Of a DNA stretch of 64,000 nt, positions 50,451-63,080 are shown piece by piece (within the stretch, counting starts at the first letter, position 1; every line of letters starts with the position of its first letter). Where the stretch lies: NCBI RefSeq assembly GCF_018977255.1, contig NW_024704742.1:104658001-104722000 (forward strand). Direction: 5' to 3'. The notes below the pieces were generated by a model. The model was not told where the DNA came from. It searched no databases and worked only from the letters and a program-made list of their open reading frames with translations. The translations under genes and the position numbers were made by a program. The stretch comes from Callorhinchus milii (Eukaryota).

Positions 50451-51115
50451 AACTATATTTTACTGTATATTTTACCTTTTTCTAGATGTATTTAAAAAAA
50501 ACTGTAGACATATGGATTAAATAATGCAAATTAAATAAATAAATAAATAACTGGACCATATTGTAAATTAACCAAATATTACGTTATTTGCAACTGCAAG
50601 TGGAAGATATCAGTAATGCTGTTTAAACAATTTCCTTAAATACCAGCTTCAAAGACCAGAGCACAGAAGATGTATTGATTCCCTGTACAAGCAATGTGTA
50701 GAGAGCACCTGTAAAGGGAATTCGATCTTCCTTCTTGATTTAGAACTAAATGAAATTGCAAGAAAAAATAAAACCTTTAATAAGGTGGACAGAAAGATAT
50801 TCTTGAGACCTGTTTGCCTCTCGGAGCAATTGTAACCAGTGTTTTTTTTCTCATATAAATACACTCTTTTGAGAAAGCATCAATTTATAATTAAGAACAT
50901 TACAATTATGTGGTGAAGTTCAAAATGTAAGATGCCATTTCAGAGCCCCCACTGCTTCAAAAGATGCACAATAAATTTAAGATTTTGAACGTTATAGTTC
51001 TTGTGTTGAAATAGAATACTAATTTAAATTTGTTGATGCATTTATTTAATCCATATGTCTACAGTTTTTTTTAAATACATCTAGAAAGAGGTAAAATATA
51101 CAGTAAAATATAGTT
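50451..51115. repeat. ~78-bp near-perfect inverted repeats flanking an AT-rich spacer (MITE-like)
   Basis: 50451-50528 is the reverse complement of 51038-51115 with about two differences. Confidence 0.85.
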
Positions 51116-51599
51116 AATTGGATATCGGATAATTGAATAGTTTGGTTTATTGAATAGAAATTAGAAATCCCAAACCATTTTAAAGATCAGTTAATTGAAT
51201 ACTAGGTATATCAATGATTCAGTTTATTGTGTAATTTTCCCCATAACCATTCAGACAAAGATTCCGGAAAAATGCATAGTCCCAAATAATTATCTTTTAC
51301 AGTCAGCCCGAACATCATTGGTGTCTTCTTCTCTTTCTTTTCCCCTTCTTTCTGCACTTTCTTCCTTAATAATGTACTTTCATCTCATTCCCTGCCATGA
51401 ATTTTGCTGATACAATGTCATTTTCTCCCTTCGGCATGCAAAAAAATGGAAATATCATTTATTTCTTCCTGTACTGCTCCAAAAGATATAAATTTGGATA
51501 GGAAGTAATACGAGAGCATAGGAATCTCCAGGGCCATAAAAGACACAAATGTCAGTCCTCGCCTGTCATTTCAAAGCCTCTTCTACTGAATGTTGGAGG

Positions 51600-51669
51600 T
51601 CCACTTATTGATGGCCCCATGGGCTGGAATCATCCCGCAGGCCGTAGTTTGACCATCACTGGCCTAGAC
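51600..51669 (+). mobile_element. hAT-Charlie-like right end
   Basis: GGCCGTAGTTTGACCATCACTG followed by GCCTAGAC (resembles the NTCTAGAN target). Confidence 0.45.
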
Positions 51670-51714
51670 TATGTAAATTCAAAGTCAAAGAAAAAAATGA
51701 ATCTTAGAGAATAC

Positions 51715-52740
51715 ATTCAAATACATTAGAATATACAGCACAGAAACAGGCCATTCGGCCCAACTGGTCTATGCCGGTGTTCATGCTCCACATGAGCCTC
51801 CTCCTGCCCTTCCTCAACTAAGCCTTCAAGCATAACCTTCTATTCCTTTCTCCCTCATGTACCTATTTAGCTTTCCCTTAACTACATCTATGCTATTTGC
51901 CTCAACAACTCTTTGTGGTCGCATGTTCCACATTCCCACTACTCTCTGTGTGAAGCAATTTCTTCTAACTTCCCTATTTGATTTATTTGTGACAATTGTA
52001 CATTGATAGCCCCTGGTTTTGTTCTCCCCACAAGTGGAAACACCTTCCCTATGTCTACCTTATCAAAACCTTTCATCATTTTAAAGACCTCTATCAGGTC
52101 ACCCCTTATCCTCTTCTTTTCAAGAGAAAAGAGTCCAAGTATGTTCAGCCTTTCCTGATAGGTATAACCTCTCAGTTCTGGGATCATCCTTGTGAATCTC
52201 CTTTACACCCCCTCCAGTGTCTCTACATCCCTTCTATAATGTGGGGACCAGAACTGCACACAGTATTCTCCATGTGGTCTAACCAAGGTTCTCTAGAAGT
52301 TTACCATAACTTCCCTGCTTTTCATTTCTTTCCCTCTAGAAATGAACCCCAATGCCTGGTTTGCTTTTTCTATGGCTTTATTAACCTGCGTTGCAACTTT
52401 AGTGCTACTTTCACTAATTGTGTGTGTGTACCCTTAGATCTCTTTGCTCCTCTACCTCATTTAGGTTTTCATTTTCCAGGATATATGTGACTTCCTTATT
52501 CCTTCTACCAAAATGTACCACCTCACACTTTTCCACATTGAAATGCATCAGCCATTTAAATGTCCACTCAGCAAGTTTATTAATGTCCTGCTGTAATTTG
52601 TTGCAGTCCTCCCCTTATTAATGTCTTGGTGTAATTTGTTGCAGGACTGCAACAAACTACACCCCCCAATTTGGTATTGTCTGCAGATTTTGAAATTGTA
52701 CTGCTGATTCCCGAGTCCAAATCATTAATGTAGATTGTGT
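51715..52740 (-). mobile_element. CR1 LINE 3' ~1 kb
   Basis: MIPELRGYTYQERLNILGLFSLEKKRIRGDLIEVFKMMKG; upstream ADNTKLGG-like motif; CR1 3'UTR. Confidence 0.92.
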
Positions 52741-53409
52741 GGGCATTGAACAAGATATCCTTGGAGAATCCTAGAATTGCATACTATTAATTGTTCATGT
52801 GTGATTGATTGTATCTTATTTGCTTTTAGGGAATATACTATTTTGTGTTCTGAATATAAAAGGTAATATGTTAGATTTTATTGTTTTAACACTGATGTTG
52901 AACTGCATTTACGGAATGGCCCATGGTGTAGATAAAATAAAATATAATAAAGTATCATTTTGTAATCTACAATCCCCTGCTGGTGAACACGTTTGCAGTG
53001 GAGTGCTATGTAGGAATTGGGGCAGCAATAATGTGCAATAATGTCCATAGTGCCACCTGGGAGTTGTGTAAAATTGCCTGAACTCTTGTCAGATTTATCC
53101 CTTGGCTTTAATGGCACTTTTCACAGGGAAGAAAGGGGCATCTTTGTAATTCATTTGTTCATGTTCCAGCATGCCAATAGATAGAATATAATATATTAAC
53201 CCAGAACAGATGTTGGAAACACATTTAAATCAGAATCAGTAATATTTCAGAAGCACCAAGTCAAGGCACTGACGCGTAGCCTGTCCCCAGCCTGAATGGA
53301 AGAAAATGTTCTCATTTCTAAACTATGGCTTCATTGCAGTAACTAATTTCCACCTTTTAAAAAAAATGCCAATTTGCATGATGTTAAAATGGGGGGAAGG
53401 GGAGGGGGA

Positions 53410-54588
53410 GGTCAGTGATGGTGATGGGAGGAGTTTACTGATGGGGAGGCGTTTAGTGATGGTGATGGGAGGCGTTTAGTGATGGGGAGGAGTTTAGTGA
53501 CGGGGAGGAGTTTAGTGATGGGGAGGAGTTTAGTGATGGGGAGGAGTTTAGTGATGGGGAGGAGTTTAGTGATGGGGAGGAGTTTAGTGATGGGGAGGAG
53601 TTTAGTGATGGGAGGAGTTTAGTGATGGGGAGGAGTTTAGTGATGGGGAGGAGTTTAGTGATGGGGAGGAGTTAGTGATGGTGATGGTGATGAGTTAGTG
53701 ATGGTGATGGGGAGGAGTTAGTGATGGTGATGGGGAGGAGTTGGTGATGGTGATGGTGATGAGTTAGTGATGGTGATGGGGAGGAGTTAGTGATGGTGAT
53801 GGGGAGGAGTTAGTGATGGTGATGGGGAGGAGTTAGTGATGGTGATGGGGAGGAGTTAGTGATGGTGATGGGGAGGAGTTGGTGATGGTGATGGGGAGGA
53901 GTTGGTGATGGTGATGGGGAGGAGTTGGTGATGGTGATGGGGAGGAGTTGGTGATGGTGATGGGGAGGAGTTGGTGATGGTGATGGGGAGGAGTTAGTGA
54001 TGGTGATGGGGAGGAGTTGGTGATGGTGATGGGAGGAGTTGGTGATGGTGATGGGGAGGAGTTAGTGATGGTGATGGGGAGGAGTTAGTGATGGTGATGG
54101 GGAGGAGTTAGTGATGGTGATGGGAGGAGTTAGTGATGGTGATGGGGAGGAGTTGGTGATGGTGATGGGGAGGAGTTGGTGATGGTGATGGGGAGGAGTT
54201 AGTGATGGTGATGGGGAGGAGTTGGTGATGGTGATGGGGAGGAGTTGGTGATGGTGATGGGGAGGAGTTAGTGATGGTGATGGGGAGGAGTTAGTGATGG
54301 TGATGGGGAGGAGTTGGTGATGGTGATGAGTTAGTGATGGTGATGGGGAGGAGTTGGTGATGGTGATGGGGAGGAGTTAGTGATGGTGATGGGGAGGAGT
54401 TAGTGATAGTGATGGGGAGGAGTTAGTGATGGTGATGGGGAGGAGTTAGTGATGGTGATGGGGAGGAGTTAGTGATGGTGATGGGGAGGAGTTGGTGATG
54501 GTGATGGGGAGGAGTTAGTGATGGTGATGGGGAGGAGTTGGTGATGGTGATGGGGAGGAGTTAGTGATGGTGATGAGTTAGTGATGGA
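53410..54588. repeat. G-rich minisatellite (18-mer GGGGAGGAGTTTAGTGAT then 23-mer GGGGAGGAGTT[A/G]GTGATGGTGAT)
   Basis: Direct reading of a ~1.2-kb tandem array. Confidence 0.97.
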
Positions 54589-54599
54589 GGTGAGAGCTC

Positions 54600-54680
54600 A
54601 GGCAGTTCTCGTGCTGCGTGTCCATAGCAACCGTCGCCAACACAACAGCGGCGGTGGTGCAGACCTGAGGTTGGGAGCAG
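54600..54680 (+). other. TMEM232: Probable non-coding first exon of TMEM232 (start approximate)
   Basis: Unique CpG-containing island between two satellites, ending at donor CAG|GTAAGA (54680/54681), ~1.9 kb upstream of the first coding exon. Confidence 0.55.
54618..54631 (+). promoter_or_regulatory. RFX X-box, candidate TMEM232 promoter element
   Basis: GTGTCCATAGCAAC fits the 14-bp X-box pattern GTNNCC-AT-RGCAAC; lies 49 nt upstream of a strong CAG|GTAAGA donor. Confidence 0.65.
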
Positions 54681-54694
54681 GTAAGAGGGACACA

Positions 54695-55957
54695 AACACT
54701 CTCTCTCTCTCACACACTCACAGTCACACACTCTCACACACATACTCTCACTCACACTCAGTCACACACTCAGTCACAGTCACTCAGTCACACACACACT
54801 CACACTCAGTCACACACTCAGTCACACACACACTCACACTCAGTCAGTCACACACACTCAGTCACACACTCAGTCAGTCACACACTCAGTCACACACTCA
54901 GTCACAGTCACACACGCAGTCACACACTCACTCACACTCAGTCACACACTCAGTCACAGTCACACACACTCAGTCAGTCACACACACTCACACTCAGTCA
55001 GTCACACACACTCAGTCACACACTCAGTCAGTCACACACTCAGTCACACACTCAGTCACAGTCACACACGCAGTCACAGTCACACACTCACTCACACTCA
55101 GTCACACACTCAGTCACACACTCAGTCACACACACACTCACACTCAGTCAGTCACACACACTCACACTCAGTCAGTCACACACACTCAGTCACACACTCA
55201 GTCAGTCACACACACTCAGTCACACACTCAGTCACAGTCACACACTCAGTCACAGTCACACACTCAGTCACAGTCACACACTCACTCACACTCAGTCACA
55301 CACTCAATCACAGTCACACACACTCAGTCACACACACACTCACACTCAGTCACACACACACTCAGTCACACACTCAGTCAGTCACACACACTCAGTCACA
55401 CACTCAGTCACAGTCACACACTCAGTCACAGTCACACACTCACTCACAGTCACACACTCACTCACACTCAGTCACACACTCAGTCACAGTCACACACACT
55501 CAGTCACACACACACACACTCAGTCACACACTCAGTCAGTCACACACACTCAGTCACACACTCAGTCACAGTCACACACTCAGTCACAGTCACACACTCA
55601 GTCACACTCACAGTCTCACACACTGACACATACTCACACACAGTCACACACTCACTCACACACACTCACAGTCACACACTCACACATACTCTCACACACA
55701 CACACATTCAGTCACACTCAGTCACACACTCTCACTTACACCACTCTCACTTACACACACACACACAATCTCACTCTCAAGCACACACTCACACACTCAC
55801 ATACACTCACACACAATCACACACACACACACTCTCTCACCCTCACACTCTCTCACCCTCACACACACTTTCACACATACTTTCCCTCACTCTCACTCAC
55901 ACACTCACACATTCTCACACTCTCACACACATACTCTCACACTCTCACACAATCTCA
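54695..55957. repeat. CA-rich compound satellite (CAGTCA/CACACT variants)
   Basis: Direct reading; source of the spurious 491-aa SHT-rich ORF. Confidence 0.97.
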
Positions 55958-56587
55958 CAGGTGATGAAAGTGTGGCTAAGGGTCTCGGCGGTCTGTGGTG
56001 AGAGGCAGTGGCGGAGGCGTGCAATTTTTTGGGAAAATAGCTCGATGTGTGTGTAAAAAAAATAAACTCAGTCTGGAGAGCAGAAATCCTTACAGTAAAC
56101 CGGCGAGTATGAGTGGTATTCAGGATGTGCACCTGTGCCTTGAACAGCAAGGACAGGACACAGTAAGGACCTTCCAGTCTGCACAGAGTTACTGACTTGT
56201 TCAATGGGCCTGGAGGGTGGAGGGGTAGAGAGATCAATAGATCAAACTAGATGGAGAGGGAGAAATTCCACCTGGGTCTAGATTTATTCTATGTAGCATT
56301 TCAGAGTGGACTTCCACTTCTAGTACAATATGCCATGTGACATATTGACTGGTACCCAGGTATGATGGAGGCAGAAGCCCTCTCCTAACCCCCCGGCTCA
56401 CCTAACACACCAGAAGTTGACCCACCTTAGATTTCCAGCTTTCTGATACTCTGGATTTTTGTTTGATGTGGCCTCTAATCTCTGATCTCTCCTATTTATT
56501 AATCTGTTTACTATGTCTTTGCCTTTTATTGATTGTGATTGTAGGTATAGTTTGCTAAGAGGGACATACAGTCTACAGCCTGCAAAG

Positions 56588-56721
56588 ATGCCAATTATCA
56601 AGATCCCCATAGTGAAAAAGTTTGGAATAATTTCTCACACGTACCAACTGCAGCTCCAAGAAAAGCTTGCAAAAGAAGCCAGCGAAGCCCTGAAACGCAG
56701 CCGCAAAAAGGAAATGCGAAG
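56588..56721 (+). CDS. TMEM232: TMEM232 first coding exon (MPIIKIPIVKKFGIISHTYQLQLQEKL...KKEMR)
   Basis: ATG in AAGATG context; resembles the TMEM232 N-terminus (MP..K.P....FG.IS); phase-2 donor AAG|GTTAGA; head-to-head synteny with SLC25A46. Confidence 0.85.
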
Positions 56722-58475
56722 GTTAGAAAGTGTGTTATTGTCTAATAGTTAATTATTGCATAAATGGTTAATTTAACGTATTCTATCATTTTGATTACAT
56801 TTCATACTGCTCAGTTTGAAATATAATTTACGGATATTTTATTTTAAGGTGCAAACTGCAAGACAGTTTTTTTTTAAATTGCTTTTAGTCTATGTTTACA
56901 AGGTAACAATTCAAAGTATCAGCATAGAAATTAAGAGTATAGGAGGAGGAGGAGGCCATTCAATCTATTGAGGCCAGCTGGTGCTGGTTCACTCTAATCC
57001 CTGTTACCCTTTTATATTTTTCCTCTTTAAATCTACATTCAACTCTCTTTTAAAGGGGATGAGCTAAAAAGAAAGAACAAAAGAATGAAAACTAGAAATG
57101 ACGGGCAGAGCTAAGATCGATGTATTGGGGGAGAGGTTGCAGTTCAGATCTGGCCAACTTGGCCAAATTGAGGCGAGGGATCTGGAACACAATCTAGCAC
57201 TCTGTTTTTAATTGTCATCTGAATGTTTTTTCAGTAATACTTCAGAATCAGCCAAAATCCACAGTTGTTTGGCACAACCATCTTTGCAGTGTATAACAGC
57301 AGACTGACATTTAAATATTACTTGCAATGTTACTTCAGAGACAGCTTTAATCCTGATTTGTTCTCTGTAACCAACGGAAAAACTCAACGGGCAGTTTTAT
57401 AACCAAAAAGGCAGTTGATATGCAAACAGCATAATTACGCGATAGTCTGCTGTATTAGTCAGAAAAAATAGTTTACGTGTAATCACCACTTTTTTTTTTG
57501 AAAGTACTTAAAAACCTTAACATTCTGAAATCCGTTCATTCACAGTAAATTTAAATTTGGATATAAGTGAGGATATCCGTTTACGTAAAAGGTAATTGAA
57601 GGAAATTGCTTCCCTAGTTGTACTGAAAATATTGTACACTCACACAAGAAAAACTGAGCTACTTATTTTATAAGATAATGTGCAATATATCTCCAATGTC
57701 AGTTTTAACAACAAAAGTGCCATTCTCTGTGTAGTGGTGGATTCGTCTAATTACTTTTTTTAATGGCTACTTTAACCTACAGCACTACCACCAACAGTAA
57801 CCTTGCCTTTAGTTGCAGAGCTGCAGTATAAATAAAACCTCCTGAGGTAGTTCTTCACGTTGTATCGAGAGGCTGCAGCAACTGAAATAGCAAAACAAAC
57901 AGCTTCCCCAAGTGCATTGACAACAGTGTTTTACTTGTTGGCCATTAAGGCTGAGCTATTAGCAGTGTGGTTTTAGCATTGCTGACCTTTCTCAACCTTG
58001 TCTGGAGATTGGGAACAAGTGTGGCTCAGAAAAAGAAGGTGTGTCTGAGAAATAGCTACAAACGGCATGTTCATGTATGAGCTGTAGCTTCAAATTTGCA
58101 GCCAATAACCCTTCAGAGAAAATTGGGCTGATTCCAGGCACAGCAGCTTCAGGTCCGTTGAGAATCAGTTCTATTTCAACCAGTTCTCAATAGTCTACAA
58201 GCTAAACACAGCATAAAAGGCTCATCTCACATCAGTATTGGAATCAATCAATCAATCAATCAAACAATCAATCAAAGTTATCTACTTTTGCATCAGGATC
58301 ATAAGGCAAAATGGAAAATGCAAAGTATGGCTTCTTTTATGGATTAGAACGTTTTTGAAACCTGTTTTGAATCAATATTCTGATGGTGTGTTAGCTTGCA
58401 TTTGTTTTCTATTTCATCAAACCACCATAAGTAATTGATGTTACCTTTATGGAAAACGCGATTTGTGTTTAGTAT

Positions 58476-60530
58476 TAAAAATACCAAAACTTGCATTTAT
58501 ATAGCTGCCAGAGCGCTTGACAGTGGCGGAGCATGACACTGAGCCGGGGGGAAGGGGAAATGACCGTATGCATGGTTGAATAGGAAGATCTTCGGACGCG
58601 TCCTGAATATGGGGAAGGAAGGGGCAAGGCAGAGGGACAGAGGAAGAGTGTTCCAGAGTTTCGGGGCATAGTGGCTGAAAGCGCGTCCACCGATGGTGAA
58701 ACGGAGGGCATGAGGAGCATGCAGAAGGCTGGAGCTAGTCGAGAGGAGGCAGCGGGTAGTGGTTTGGGGGTAAGCAGTTTGGAGAGATAGGAAGGTACCA
58801 GAGCATGAAGGGATTTGAAAACGAATGTGAGGATCTTGAAATCGATCTGTTTGGCGATGGGGAGCCAGTGGAGCTTGGCTAGAACTGATGTGATGGGGGT
58901 ATGGAATTTAGTGCATGTGAGTATGTGGGCGGCGGAGTTTTGGATCAGCTGGATCTTGTGTATGGTAGAGCTGGGGAGACCGGCGAAGAGGGCATTTGAA
59001 AAGTTGGGAGGGACCAACGCATGGACGAGTGTTTTGGCTGCATCTTGGGTGAGGTACGGTCAGAGGTGGGCAATGTGGTGGATGTGGAGGAAGACGTTCT
59101 GGTCAGAGGTGGGCAATGTGGTGGATGTGGAGGAAGACGTTCTGGTCAGAGATCGGATGTGGGAAAGGAAGGACAGCTGTGGGTCGAACCTAACAGCTGG
59201 GCGGCAGACTGGTTCGGTAAATCCAATGGATAGGCCAGGGAGGTCAGAGCTGCAGGGCAGAAGACATTAACGTGAGCCAATGAATATGGCTTCCATCTTG
59301 TCAACATTTAGTTGTAAGAAGTCTTTGCTCATCCAAGCCCTACTGTCCGCCAGACAAGCTGAGAGAACATGGCGGACTTGGAGTCTTAGCTGCAGGAGGA
59401 GAAGTAGATTTGTGTGTCATCCGCATCCATGTGGAAATGTACCCCCTGTCTGCGGATGACATTGCCAAGAGGGAGCATATAGATGAGGAAGAGGAGGAGG
59501 CCAAAGATGGAGCCCTGGGGTACGCCACAGGTGAGAAGAAAGCATTTGAAGAGACAAAGTGAAGGCGATTTGTGAGGTAGGACTCGAACCAGGCTAGTTT
59601 GGTCCCACTAGGATGGTTGAGTCCTGTAGCTCAGTGGTTAGAGCACTCGCTTTGCAAGTGAGAGATCTGAGTTCAATTCCAGGCAGGTCAGGGCGAAACC
59701 TTGGGCAAGTTTCCTTACTCCACACTCCTAATAATAATCCCTCCACAAAAACAATAATAAATTGGTCATTTTCAATCTACGACTGTTTGTGGGACATTGC
59801 TGTGCGCAATTGGCTGCCGCGTTCGCCCACAAATATACAGTCAATTCACTTTACAGTGTGTTCTGTGAAGCGCTTTGGGACGTCCTCCTGACGTGAAAAG
59901 CGCTATATCAAATGCAAGGATTATTATTATTATATTATTATTATTGAGGAAGGAGAGGTGGTGGATGAGGATAGGGTGGTCGACTGTGTCGAACGCAGTG
60001 CAGAGGTCCAGGAGGACGAAGAGGCAGAGAAGCCCTGGTCAGAGAGAGAGAAAGGATGCCGTTTGTGACCTTGTCAAGTGCCGTCTCTGTGCTGTGGGCA
60101 GGGGTGGAAGTCCGACTGGAGGGGCTTGAGCAGGGAGTGGAGGGAGAGGAGAGAGCAAAGCTGGTTAGCAACAACGTGTTCCAGAGCTTTGGCAAGGAAG
60201 GCCAGGTTGGAAATGAGACAGTGGTTTGTGAGATTGGAGGGGTCAAGGGTGGATTTTCTGAGGAGGGGAGTGCTGCTAGCGGTTTTAAGGCGGAGAGGAA
60301 CAGAACCTGAAAAGAGCGACTGGTTGACTGTGGTGGCCAGCAGGGGGGAGAGGAGGGGGAGTTGGTGGACCAGCAGCTGGGTGGGGAGTGGCTCGAGGCA
60401 GGAGGTGGTGGGCTTCATCTGGGAGATGATGGTTGAGAGAGGAAGTAAACAGGGTAAAGGTGTTTGAAGTGAGAATGGAGGCAGCTGGCGGTGGTGTGAG
60501 CAGAGGATGTGATGGATGGTGGAGGATAGT
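58476..60530 (-). mobile_element. L2 LINE (RT + 3' end) with SINE insertion, in TMEM232 intron
   Basis: LDPSNLTNHCLISNLAFLAKALEHVV, STETALDKVTN, LHWLPIAKQIDFKIL. Confidence 0.9.
59619..59945 (+). mobile_element. Young tRNA-derived SINE inserted in L2
   Basis: Full-length match to the 24039 copy. Confidence 0.92.
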
Positions 60531-60689
60531 GCCTTTGGGTTGTTTTTGGGCTCCAAAATGGTTTGGGAGTAAAAGGCTCAAAATAATATTTGTAGCCATG
60601 CCATTCGTTCATCAAATAACTAACTTACAGATCAAAAATCTCAGACTTAAGTAATTTTTAAGATTGATTCTGCTTGCTATTTATTCCAG

Positions 60690-60801
60690 AAACCCAGTTC
60701 ATATCACTGAAGAATTTGTCAAGAAATTTAACTGCACACAAGAGCTAAAGGAAAAGGGACGGTTGATAACCATCGCTCAACAAATGCTGAGCTGGAATAA
60801 G
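60690..60801 (+). CDS. TMEM232: TMEM232 coding exon NPVHITEEFVKKFNCTQELKEKGRLITIAQQMLSWNK
   Basis: TTCCAG acceptor and AAG|GT donor; phase fits the previous exon; similar to ...[33 protein letters not shown]. Confidence 0.9.
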
Positions 60802-61671
60802 GTATTCTTCTTAAATATGTGAAAGAAATTATTTAGCTGTTTGGCAATAAATATATTAATGGCATCTTAGGAGACAGGGCGGAACAAAGTCACTTCTGTA
60901 TTTTTCTATAGCAAATGGTCTATCTCAGTTACTATGTGTGTGTTTTGGGGGGAAGAGTAGGTGACCTGACTAGGAGCTCAAGTCCTGAAATGGAGCTTGA
61001 AATTGCAACCTTTAAATGTTTCTTTAAATAAACAATGTTTTTCAGACAAACCAGATACACAATATATTTGAACAGCTACAGACATTTTGTAGCCAACCAT
61101 CAAACATGTTTTTAATCCTTTAAATCTTTTAAGTTGCAGTGATACTTAAAAGCTAGGTTATATTTTATCTTTTGGATCCTTATTTCCCAATTTTTTTAAG
61201 CTGTTTAATAGACACGGCTTTTTGATTTTTTAAATACAAATGATTACCGAAAGCAGTTCCCATTTGCAAATCAAAACTGTTGCTGAACAATCCTGTTACT
61301 AATTATTTAAATTTAGACCCTGATATCAGACAACAATACAGTTATCCCAGTACCAACTACATTGCATTGCAATGTCTTGAATTGAAGCACATAGTCAGAA
61401 ATGCTGTCTGGTACACAAACCAAAAGCTCACCTGTGGTAAATGATAGGAACAGCTCAGAGAATATCATCCGAAATTCATTATTATACATTATAATGTACA
61501 CGGAAACCTCATTGTACCCGCCTGCTATACAGTGCTGAGTTGCCTTTGGATAACTGGAACTGTACACCTAACTATCAATGCTGACGAGCTGACTTTCTTC
61601 CATAAAACATAGCCAATGTCTAGGTGATCAGATTGCCACTGATGTCACTTCACGTGTGCATTCATGTTATA

Positions 61672-62790
61672 CAAATACAATACAAAATTATATTTGTAAA
61701 GTGCCTTTCACGTCAGGTGGACATCCCAAGGTCCTGAACAGTCAGGAATTAGCACCCCAGCTGGGGTGGGTGATGTTGGGATCAGGGAAGGTGGAGGGCA
61801 GGGAAGGTGGGGGTAGGAGGGTGGGCGAAGGCACGGTCGAAGAGGAGGGTCTTGAGGCATGCCTTGTCAGGGGGCAAGGGAGGGAGCAAGGCAAAGGGAA
61901 TGTGAGATGGAGTTCCAGAGGGTGGGGGCCAAGAGCCTGAAGGCCCGACCACCGATGGTAGGTAGGAGGAGGCAAGGCCGTGCAGGGCCTTGAAGATGAG
62001 GATGAGAATTTTGAATTCGATCCTCTTGAGGAATGGGAAGCCAGTGGAGCCAATGAGAGTAGGTATGATGCGGTCATGGAGCCTGGTGAGGGAGAGGACA
62101 TGAGTTGCAGAGTTCTGGATGATCTGCAGCTTGTGGAGGGAAGAGTTGGGAAGGCCGACAAGTAGGGTGTTGGCATATTCAAGCCTTGTTGTAATGAAGG
62201 CATGTTTGAAGATTCCGGTGGCCTGAGGGGTGAGGCAATGGCGGAGTCGGGCGATGTTGCGGAGGTGGAGGAAAGCAGAACGGGTCATGGCATGGATGTG
62301 GGGGAGAAAGGACAGTTGAGGATTGAACAAGACATCTAGGTTTCTGACTGGCTTGGTGAGGTGGAGTGTGCATCCAAGGATGCTGATGCTGTCAGTGCCT
62401 GAGGTGCAGAGGCACTGGCGCGAGCCAATCAGGAGAGCCTGGAGGAGAAGCCATTTGTGGAGATGAAGTGGAGATTGTGTGAGATAAGATCTGAACTATT
62501 CAAGGACAGAAACTTAAAAGTTTAAGGTGAGAGGAGAGGCGGCAGAGGAGGATAGAGTGGTCCACAGTGTCAAAGGCAGCAGAGAGGTGGAGGAGGATGA
62601 GGAGACAGAGGGACCCCTGGTCACAGATGGGCAGCAATGAAACTCAATTGGAGGGTTCGTAAAGGGAGTGGAAGGAGTGAAGCTGGGAAGCAACAACTCT
62701 TTCAAGGAACTTGGAAAGGAAAGGGAGGCTGGAGATGGGGTAGTAGTTAGGGAGCAGGAATGGGTCCAAGGAAAGGCTTGGATCCAGGGA
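61672..62790 (-). mobile_element. L2 LINE with internal deletions
   Basis: FNPQLSFLPHIHAMTRSAFLHLRNIARL...; L2 tail at 61672-61740. Confidence 0.88.
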
Positions 62791-63080
62791 AGGGGTGGGG
62801 TAGGCCAGAGTGGGAGGAGTTCAGACGTGATGGGCAGGGAGTGCTGCCAACATCGTCTTCTAAGTTCTCCCTCCCTGTGCACTTTACGAACAGAAAGTGC
62901 TGCTGACATTACTTCATCTGAATGTACAAATAAATATTCTGCGAGGTAGTATCATAATAGAAAGGAATGGCTTTGTTTGGCTCACAATCTTAAGTTGATG
63001 TGTCATTTAGACCAATGCAGCTATTGTAGTCTTGCGAATGTTGTTGCAGGTAAATAAGAAGGATTTTTATTTTCCCACAG

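Noticed and set aside
55960..56000. Possible extra TMEM232 5'UTR exon after the CA satellite (CACAG|GTGATG)
   Set aside because: An acceptor-like site exists but the donor choice is ambiguous, and nothing supports it without transcript data.
54581..56056. 491-aa Ser/His/Thr-rich ORF
   Set aside because: Translation of a stop-free CA-rich satellite; it reads through a strong splice donor at 54680 and has no protein-like complexity.
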